A stretch of DNA of 63,558 nucleotides, the filler included, from Candidatus Tectimicrobiota bacterium (GTDB taxonomy: Bacteria > JACPSX01): the NCBI GenBank assembly GCA_016193065.1. It is 9 parts of 9 records of this genome, joined end to end, with 100 filler letters (N's around TTAATTAATTAA, not from the genome) between each part and the next. Parts side by side here need not be neighbours in the genome. Positions count along the whole stretch, not along the records: positions 53,885 to 63,558 come from JACPSX010000173.1; 8 more parts are not named here. One strand, given 5' to 3'. Below the pieces are notes generated by a model. That model was not told where the DNA came from. It ran no database searches and saw nothing but the letters and a program-made list of their open reading frames with translations. Shown here piece after piece: positions 56,874 through 63,558 of the stretch. Position numbers and translations under genes: made by a program. Position 1 is the first letter of the stretch, and the number at the start of each line of letters is the position of its first letter.

Positions 56874-58643
56874 TCAGGGGGTCCTCCCCTCTTTGATCTC
56901 CTTTTTGACGCGCTCCAGCTTCTCGGTAATACCTGACTCGTCCGGCTTGATCTTCAAGGAGCGCTCCCACTCGGCTGCGGCCTGCCGGGTCTTGCCCAGC
57001 TTGTAGTAGACGTCTCCCAGGTGATCCCGGATCACCGGGTCATCCGGAACGAGTTGGGTTGCCCGCTCCAGTTCTTTCACCGCTTCCTGGATCATTCCTT
57101 TTTTAAAATAGACCCAAGCCAGGCTGTCGATGAAGTAGCCGTTTTCGGGCTCCAGCTCCAGTGCCTTCTGGATCAGATTCAGGGACTCGTCCAGGCGCAC
57201 CCCCCGGTCCGCAAACAGGTAACCGGCATAGTTGTAAGCGCTGGCATTCTTGGGGTTGATCTCCGTGGCGCGGAACATGGCCTCCACGGTTTTATCGAAG
57301 TTTCCCAACTTGTCGTACGCGACCCCGAGGTTGAAATAGTACTTGTCCTGCCCTGGCTTCAGAGCAATTGCTTTCTCCAGGGTGGAGGCCGCCTCCGTAT
57401 ATTGGTTCTGTTCGGTAAAAGCAATTCCCAGGTAGAAGTGGGCATCCGCGTTGTTGGGATCGGCTGTCACGACCTCCTGAAAGAGAGGGACCAGATCTTT
57501 TTCGCGCTTCATTTTTCTATATACCTGGGCTGTTTGCAGGCGCGATTCCAGGTCCTTGGGTTCTTTCTTGAGCAGGATCTGCAGCTCCGCCAGCGACTCA
57601 TCATAGCGCTCCAGCATCTCGTAGCAGGCGGCCACGTAACGGCGCACTTCCCGGTGATCCGGACGGGCGGCCAGGACGAGGCGAAAGCCCTCGAGGGCTT
57701 TCAGGTAGTTCTTCTGATCGAAGTAAATCAGCGCGATTCGCAGCCGGGTGTCGAAATCATCGGAATCTTCCCTTAAAACTCCCTCGTACTCTTGCAGGGC
57801 GCTGTCCAGTTTGTCCGTTTCCACGTAAAGCTGTCCCAGGCGGCGGTGTAAGTCCTGGTCTTCCGGGAAGAGGGCCAGCGCCCGCCGGTAAGTCTCCTCG
57901 GCCCGGGTAAAATCTTTGCGCTGCTGGTAGAACTGGGCCAGGGCCTTGTAAGCCGGGATCAGGTCTGGCTGTACCTCGATTGCTTTTAAGAACTTGGCCT
58001 CCCCTTGCGCTACCTGATTTAAAGCCAGGTGCATGCGCCCCTGATAATAGTAAGCCAGCCCCGAATTGGGCTGGCGCTGGGAGAGCCGCTCGAAAACCGC
58101 CAGAGCCTTGGCAAAGTCCTTCTGCTGAATGTACAGCCCCCCGAGGTACAGGTAGGCTTCGGCTCGATTGGGGTTTAATTCAATGGCCCGGGAATACTCC
58201 CGCACGGCTTCTTCGATCTTTCCCGTGGTGGCGTAGAGTCCCCCCAGGAGCACCCGGGCTTCGGCGAAGTCGGGTTTAATCGCCACGGCCCTTTCGGCGG
58301 CCTGGACCGCCTCGGCCACCTTCCCTTTCTTAACTCGCGCTGAGGCCAGGGCCATGTAGGTCTCCGGGGCGGGGTCAATGGTCAGGGCCCGTTCGTAGTT
58401 GGCGATGGCCTCATCCCAGTTTCCCGATAGCTCGGCCATCGTGCCCACGGAAAAGTAGTAGTAGGCTTGGGCCTGGAACAACTGGCGGAAAAAGAGCCTG
58501 GAATATCCCGAGCCTGTTTCCGAAGACTCGGCCTCCGCAGCATCCCCAATTCCTCTGCCTGCCACTGCGACTATGGACAGGACCATCACGAATACGATCA
58601 GCCAATGCCGCGAGCCAAGCCGCCAGCCCTGCATGCACCTCAT
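56874..58643 (-). CDS. Large exported TPR protein
   Basis: Signal/TM segment, many TPRs, NYAGYLFA...IDSLAWVYF...DHLGDVY. Confidence 0.92.
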   Translation of the reverse strand: MRCMQGWRLGSRHWLIVFVMVLSIVAVAGRGIGDAAEAESSETGSGYSRLFFRQLFQAQAYYYFSVGTMAELSGNWDEAIANYERALTIDPAPETYMALASARVKKGKVAEAVQAAERAVAIKPDFAEARVLLGGLYATTGKIEEAVREYSRAIELNPNRAEAYLYLGGLYIQQKDFAKALAVFERLSQRQPNSGLAYYYQGRMHLALNQVAQGEAKFLKAIEVQPDLIPAYKALAQFYQQRKDFTRAEETYRRALALFPEDQDLHRRLGQLYVETDKLDSALQEYEGVLREDSDDFDTRLRIALIYFDQKNYLKALEGFRLVLAARPDHREVRRYVAACYEMLERYDESLAELQILLKKEPKDLESRLQTAQVYRKMKREKDLVPLFQEVVTADPNNADAHFYLGIAFTEQNQYTEAASTLEKAIALKPGQDKYYFNLGVAYDKLGNFDKTVEAMFRATEINPKNASAYNYAGYLFADRGVRLDESLNLIQKALELEPENGYFIDSLAWVYFKKGMIQEAVKELERATQLVPDDPVIRDHLGDVYYKLGKTRQAAAEWERSLKIKPDESGITEKLERVKKEIKEGRTP

Positions 58644-59137
58644 GGTTTTCCCCTCCGCACCATACTATACCCCCTGACTAGAAAGCCCCGGATCAACCCT
58701 GCCGCCTCCGGATCGGAAATCCGGCCCGAAAGGCCCTCGATTTCCTCGATCCCCCCCTCCGTGAGAGGCAACGTCGGGCGGTGGGCACCCGCAAGGCGGG
58801 TACCCGCCGCTGGCGCCGTGGCCTGGCCCTCAATTTTTCCTATCCGGAAGAAAAGTCTGGAAATCTTCTCCCCTTCCGGAAAGCGCCGCAGCTTTTCCAG
58901 AATCTGGTCCTGCAAGAAGTGCAATTCCTGCAGCCAGACCGGATCTGCGACCTCGATGAACAACATCTGTCCCTTCACTCCGGCTACCCGGCTGATGGCC
59001 GCGATGGGACCTCCCACCGCCTGCGGCCAGATTTTCTGGATCTTGTACTGGCGCAGGTCCTGATCGAATCCCAACCGGGAACAGGAATTTTCCAGGATCT
59101 CTCCCAGCCGGATGAATCGACCTCTTTTCTCGCTCAC
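58640..59137 (-). CDS. dciA: DUF721/DciA family protein
   Basis: IWPQAVG..IA...LFIEVADPVWLQELHF...I..L.FRIG. Confidence 0.8.
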   Translation of the reverse strand: MSEKRGRFIRLGEILENSCSRLGFDQDLRQYKIQKIWPQAVGGPIAAISRVAGVKGQMLFIEVADPVWLQELHFLQDQILEKLRRFPEGEKISRLFFRIGKIEGQATAPAAGTRLAGAHRPTLPLTEGGIEEIEGLSGRISDPEAAGLIRGFLVRGYSMVRRGKP

Positions 59138-59844
59138 CGGGTCCCTACCATTTCGGGCTCCGCCACTCTCCCGATCAAATTGCCCTGGCGGTGCTTGCCC
59201 AGTTGAGATGCGATGGCTGCCATGATCCTGCGCAGGATCTCCTCGTAGGTTTCCTTGCACGCCGGTAGGTGGTAGCAGGATTCCAGATCCACGGCGGGTC
59301 CAAAATCAAGGCGCACCTTGCGAAACAGGCGCGGCAGGGACTTTCCTTTTGGCAAGATTTGCTGGGTTCCCGTGACACCCACGGGAATGACCACAGGCCG
59401 GGACTCAAACACCAGGCGGCCCACGACCCGGTTTCCTTTCCCGAGCTCGCCCGTGGTGCTGCGGGTCCCCTCGGGAAACATCATTACCCTGCGGGTTCGC
59501 AGCAGATCCAGGAGCTTTCGAATGGAGGCCAGATCCCGGCCATTTCGCCGCACGGGGAATACACCCCAGGACCTCAGGAGCAGGCCTAAAGCAGGGTTGC
59601 GGAATAGTTCTTCTTTGGCCGGAGCGTTCAGGGGGGAGAACGGGAATCTCTTCAGGACCGCCCAGGCCAGCAGCAGTGGGTCCAGCAAGGAGACATGGTT
59701 GGCAGCCAGGAGGTGCCCTCCCGTCCGGGGGATATTTTGACCTCCGGTTATGGTGAGTCGCATGGTGCAGCGGACCAGGGCCGATATCACCACGACAGAG
59801 AGGAGCATCCAGCTTTTCCTCAACTGTTCTTTGAATCTCGCCAT
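59134..59844 (-). CDS. plsC: 1-acyl-sn-glycerol-3-phosphate acyltransferase
   Basis: NHVSLLD, AKEELF, FPEGTRS. Confidence 0.92.
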   Translation of the reverse strand: MARFKEQLRKSWMLLSVVVISALVRCTMRLTITGGQNIPRTGGHLLAANHVSLLDPLLLAWAVLKRFPFSPLNAPAKEELFRNPALGLLLRSWGVFPVRRNGRDLASIRKLLDLLRTRRVMMFPEGTRSTTGELGKGNRVVGRLVFESRPVVIPVGVTGTQQILPKGKSLPRLFRKVRLDFGPAVDLESCYHLPACKETYEEILRRIMAAIASQLGKHRQGNLIGRVAEPEMVGTR

Positions 59845-59991
59845 GGTCCCTCCGCTGCCTTTCCCGGCAGGCAGCCATTTCCTCCCGGGAGTGCTCTCCC
59901 CTTGTCGGCACGAAACCCGGGGAAACCTGACTGAATTATAGGGGGAGAGTGGGGGCTCTGCAAGGCTGATTCCCGGTTCCCTGCGGTTGGC

Positions 59992-61344
59992 TCAGGATTT
60001 CGGGCGATGGTCAAAAAAGCGTTTGGCCTTCAATTCGTAGCGGGGCAAGGCGCCTGGCGCGCAGATTTCGACTCCGATTTTGACCAGAATCCGGCTGTAC
60101 AGGGTTTCTTCCGCCTTCTTTTGCAGTTCCAGGTACCCCGAGGCCGGGGCATCCTGGGCGGCCTCGACTTTCACGGAAACCTCGTCATTGAGCGGGCCGC
60201 GGGAAATGTGGATCTCGTAGTGGGGGGATAGGCCTGCAATGGTCCCCAGCAGGGCCTCGACCGCCGTCGGATAGAGGTTGGACCCCTTGATGATGACCAT
60301 GTGGTCCGTCCTGCCCCGCACCCCGTCCCGGAACAGCGTCCAGGTGCGGCCGCACTCGCACACCGAGTAGGAGGGGCGCACGAGATCGTGGGTCCGGTAC
60401 TTAATGACCGGCTGGTAGAGTTGGGCGTAACTGGTCACCAGGTTCTCCCCAGCTTCCCCCTCGGAGACGGCCTGCCCGGTTTCCGGGTTCACGACCGTGG
60501 AGTAAGCAAAGTCCTCGGCCAGGTGCACCCCGAGCTGGTGGGGGCAGGTGGGGCAGATGGCACCGACCTCGCCAATTCCGTATTGTTCGTACGCTTTCGC
60601 CCCCCAGGCGTCCTCGATCGCTTTGCGGGTGGAGGGGATGCTGACCCCCGGCTCCCCGGAGAGATACATGACCTTGATTCCGATATCGCGCAGGTGAATC
60701 CCCATTTCCCGGGCCTTTTCCACCATGTAGAGGGCGTAGGTTGGCGTGGACAAGAACACCGTGGGCTTGTATTCCAGGAGCTGCTTGAGGCGCATCTCGG
60801 TGGACAGACCGCCTCCGGAAAAGACGGTCCCTCCGATCCTCCGCACCCCCCAGTAGGCGCTCCAGAAGCCGATGAAGGCCCCCCAGCCAAACGCAAAATA
60901 AAAGGTGTGCCCGGGGCGCAGCCCCAGCCCCCAGAAGCCGTACGCCCACTGGTCGCCGTAGCGGATCGAGTCGTAATAGGAGACAGGAATGCCCAGGGGG
61001 ACACCGGTGGAGCCCGAGGTCTGGTAGCGGTAGAGGAGGGTTTCTTCACCTAAAGCAGCCGCCTCGCCCCAGGGGGGGCGCTTGGCTTGAGCCTCCAGCA
61101 GATCCTTCTTGTCAATGGAGGGGACCAGGCGATCGAAGTCCTCCAGCGTGCAGATGTCTTCGGGCTTCAAGCCTGCCCGGTCGTAGAGTTTTCGGTACAA
61201 AGGCACCCGGTCGTAGGCATACCGGAGCAGCTTTTGAATCCGCTTCAAGTGCAGTGCGTTGATCTCCTCCCGCGGCATGGTTTCCGTGTAAGGATTCCAG
61301 TATTTACTTTGGAGAGAGACTTCGCTGAAGATGGATTGCTTCAT
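59992..61344 (-). CDS. Phenylacetate-CoA ligase family protein
   Basis: TSGSTGVP, YGIGE, KYRTHDL, GRTDHMVIIKG, KAKRFFD. Confidence 0.88.
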   Translation of the reverse strand: MKQSIFSEVSLQSKYWNPYTETMPREEINALHLKRIQKLLRYAYDRVPLYRKLYDRAGLKPEDICTLEDFDRLVPSIDKKDLLEAQAKRPPWGEAAALGEETLLYRYQTSGSTGVPLGIPVSYYDSIRYGDQWAYGFWGLGLRPGHTFYFAFGWGAFIGFWSAYWGVRRIGGTVFSGGGLSTEMRLKQLLEYKPTVFLSTPTYALYMVEKAREMGIHLRDIGIKVMYLSGEPGVSIPSTRKAIEDAWGAKAYEQYGIGEVGAICPTCPHQLGVHLAEDFAYSTVVNPETGQAVSEGEAGENLVTSYAQLYQPVIKYRTHDLVRPSYSVCECGRTWTLFRDGVRGRTDHMVIIKGSNLYPTAVEALLGTIAGLSPHYEIHISRGPLNDEVSVKVEAAQDAPASGYLELQKKAEETLYSRILVKIGVEICAPGALPRYELKAKRFFDHRPKS

Positions 61345-61471
61345 GGCTAGGCCCCTGATGGCAAGCGAAACGAAAGTTGTTTGGGACTTCTTTTAGAAAA
61401 TTTAGGTCCCTATTATAACCCAATCTTTGTGGGATCGGGGTTGATTCGCATGCCTCCCCATAATAGACTAG

Positions 61472-61571
61472 TGCCGTTCCAACGATTCGCACCGACTCTT
61501 TCGGGTCACAAGGTTGCAAGTGCTGCCACGATGCAGGCTGCTAGAATTCCCCGCGTTGAGTTGGAACGGTA
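61472..61571. mobile_element. 100-bp MITE, second copy in opposite orientation, CTAG target duplication
   Basis: CTAG|TGCCGTTCCAACGATT...GAGTTGGAACGGTA|CTAG. Confidence 0.85.
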
Positions 61572-61614
61572 CTAGGCGGACTTAGGGAAACCGGGACATT
61601 TTCAAGGGATTGTC

Positions 61615-62691
61615 ATGACCATGCAGATCCGGCAGCACCGCTATCATCCGCCAGGAACTCCCCCGGGAACTCTGGTCGCTCCCGCGGTTGTTCCCCAGGT
61701 GCCCGTCTCCATGACCCTGATCGCTTACGACCACGAGGCGGTGGAGGAAAAAACGCTGTCCAAAGTGGAAGATTGCCTCCCTTACCTGGACAAGAAGCGG
61801 GTGACCTGGATCCACCTGGACGGCATTCACAACCTGGAGTTCCTCTCCAAGCTCGGGGAAGTCTTTCACCTCCACCCCCTGGCTCTCGAAGACGTCCTGC
61901 ACATTTCCCAGCGCCCCAAAGTGGAAGACTACGAGAAGTACGAGTTCCTGGTCTTCATCCGCGTTGCCCTGCAGGATCGGCTTGAGTTCGAGCAGGTGAG
62001 CCTGTTCCTGGGGGAAAACTTCCTGATAACGGTTCAGGAAAAACCCGGCGACGTTTTTGAGCCGGTGCGGGAGAGGATTCGCAGCAATCGGGGGACCATT
62101 CGCCGCTCGGGAGCGGACTATCTCGCCTATGCCTTGATCGATACGCTGGTGGACGGCTTTTTCCCGGTCCTGGAATCCCTGGGGGAACGAATCGAGGACC
62201 TCGAGGATCAGGTAGCCGAAAAACCAAGCCGGGAAACCCTGCAGAAAATCCACCAGACCCGGCGGGAACTCCTGAACCTGCGGCGGGCCATCTGGCCCGA
62301 GCGGGATGCGATCAACAGCCTGTTGCGGGAGGAGTCGCCTCTGATTTCACCGCAGACTCAGGTTTACTTGCGGGATTGCTACGATCACGCCATCCGCATC
62401 CTGGACATCCTGGAAACCTATCGGGAAATCGGCACCGGCCTCATGGACATTTACCTGTCCAGCATGAGCAACCGCTTGAACGAGATCATGAAGGTGCTGA
62501 CGATCATCACGACGTTCTTCATCCCTTTGAGCTTCATTGCCGGGATCTACGGGATGAACTTCAACACGGCCAAAAGCCCCTGGAACATGCCCGAGCTGGA
62601 CTGGGCTCTTGGATACCCCTTGGCGTTGGGCATCATGGCGGCCGTGGCCTTGGGCTTTCTCTACTTCTTCCGGCGCAAGAAGTGGCTGTAG
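61615..62691 (+). CDS. corA: Magnesium/cobalt transporter CorA
   Basis: HPLALED, QRPKVE, YLRDCYDH, YGMNF, MPEL. Confidence 0.97.
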   Translation: MTMQIRQHRYHPPGTPPGTLVAPAVVPQVPVSMTLIAYDHEAVEEKTLSKVEDCLPYLDKKRVTWIHLDGIHNLEFLSKLGEVFHLHPLALEDVLHISQRPKVEDYEKYEFLVFIRVALQDRLEFEQVSLFLGENFLITVQEKPGDVFEPVRERIRSNRGTIRRSGADYLAYALIDTLVDGFFPVLESLGERIEDLEDQVAEKPSRETLQKIHQTRRELLNLRRAIWPERDAINSLLREESPLISPQTQVYLRDCYDHAIRILDILETYREIGTGLMDIYLSSMSNRLNEIMKVLTIITTFFIPLSFIAGIYGMNFNTAKSPWNMPELDWALGYPLALGIMAAVALGFLYFFRRKKWL

Positions 62692-62718
62692 CGGCGTGAA
62701 TCCGCACCCACTGGAGCG

Positions 62719-63558
62719 ATGACTGTGGAAAACTGCTGGTCTGATGCGGAGTCCACAAAGCTTCAAGGTCTCGACCTTCTCCTGTACGCTTCCCGCCTGA
62801 TCGGCCTGGAGGAAAGCCTGGTCATCTGGGGCGGGGGGAACACCTCCATGAAACTTGAGGAGACCGACTTCCGGGACCGGCCCACCCGGGTGCTGCGCAT
62901 CAAGGGGAGCGGCTCCGATCTGAAAACCATCGAGGCCCGGCATTTCCCCGGCGTGCGCCTGGACGACGTGCTTCCCCTCCTGGAGCGGGAGGAGATGAGC
63001 GACGAGGAGATGGTCGAGTACCTCACGCACACCCTCATGGAGCCTCAGGCTGCCCGTCCCTCCATCGAGACGTTGCTGCACGCCTTTCTCCCCTATCCTC
63101 ACATCTACCACACTCACGCCGACGCAATTCTCTCCCTCACGAACCTCAAGGACGGCCGCCGCGTCATGCGCGATGCCCTAGGGGCCGAGGTGGTCTTCAT
63201 CCCCTACATCCAGCCCGGCTTTCAGCTTGCCAAGCTCGTGGCCGCCGAAGTCGGAAAATCTCCCTGCGCTCCGGGGGCGGTGCTGGAAAAGCACGGCCTC
63301 TTCACCTGGGGGGAAAGTGCCAAGGAAGCCTACAGCCGCACGATTGACCTCGTGGGCCGTGCCGAGCAGTACATCGAGCAGGGTCTCAAGAAGCACTTCC
63401 CTCTGAGTGTACGCCCAGTCCTGGAGAACAAGCCCGGCTGGCGCCGGGAACACGTGGGCGCTCTGGCTCCTGTGGTGCGCGGGGCTCTCAGCCGCAAACA
63501 GCACATGGTCCTCCTCTACGATGACTGTCCGGAGGTGTTGGAATTCGTCAACTCGGAG
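62719..63558 (+). CDS. Bifunctional class II aldolase/short-chain dehydrogenase (rhamnulose-1-P aldolase-like), runs off the window
   Basis: Absent from the ORF track; translates to WGGGNTSMK, IKGSGSDL, PSIETLLH, HTHAD, KHGLFTWG. Confidence 0.9.
   Translation, partial: MTVENCWSDAESTKLQGLDLLLYASRLIGLEESLVIWGGGNTSMKLEETDFRDRPTRVLRIKGSGSDLKTIEARHFPGVRLDDVLPLLEREEMSDEEMVEYLTHTLMEPQAARPSIETLLHAFLPYPHIYHTHADAILSLTNLKDGRRVMRDALGAEVVFIPYIQPGFQLAKLVAAEVGKSPCAPGAVLEKHGLFTWGESAKEAYSRTIDLVGRAEQYIEQGLKKHFPLSVRPVLENKPGWRREHVGALAPVVRGALSRKQHMVLLYDDCPEVLEFVNSE

Noticed and set aside
685-63504. Many long antisense or alternative-frame ORFs, such as 14034-15200, 17206-18168, 47655-48881 upstream part and 54212-55171
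   Set aside because: Shadow ORFs of high-GC genes, with no motifs or RBS

Overview
This window is not one locus. It is nine contigs of a GC-rich bacterial draft or metagenome-assembled genome, joined by artificial 100-nt spacers (N-run, TTAATTAATTAA, N-run), with one short internal N gap, so gene neighbourhoods only count within a contig. Gene content suggests a diderm bacterium of the Deltaproteobacteria/Nitrospinota/Tectomicrobia type (inference only). Contents in order: (1) nonulosonic-acid biosynthesis genes; (2) mnmA and a DUF4921-galT-GH57 operon; (3) a secreted beta-helix protein, vapBC, cspA, leuB-acpS-purE-tsaC and a damaged hydantoinase cluster; (4) a SorC/CggR-type regulator divergent from a class V FBP aldolase/phosphatase, then mreB with a GAF-GGDEF gene; (5) MEMO1, speD-speB, dksA-like, hbd and crt; (6) a toxin-antitoxin (TA) island; (7) a PhnCDE-like ABC transporter with two Fur-like boxes, and an MsrP-like pair; (8) MtrAB-type porin-decaheme cytochrome genes with a NarL-type two-component system; (9) rplY-prs-ispE, dciA, plsC, a paaK-like gene and corA. 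The most interesting signals are: a TA cassette array punctuated by three copies of the 3' end of a response-regulator gene, including two gene pairs outside the classical TA families; a nested hierarchy of tiny palindromic elements and MITEs with filled and empty sites visible, one in frame inside dciA; Fur-type boxes on a 'phosphonate' transporter; a structured leader on speD-speB; an unannotated Leu/Ile-rich small ORF upstream of leuB; and an in-frame TAG in the hydantoinase. At least six genes carry short internal deletions, some at microhomologies, which may be assembly errors. No rRNA, tRNA or CRISPR array was found.
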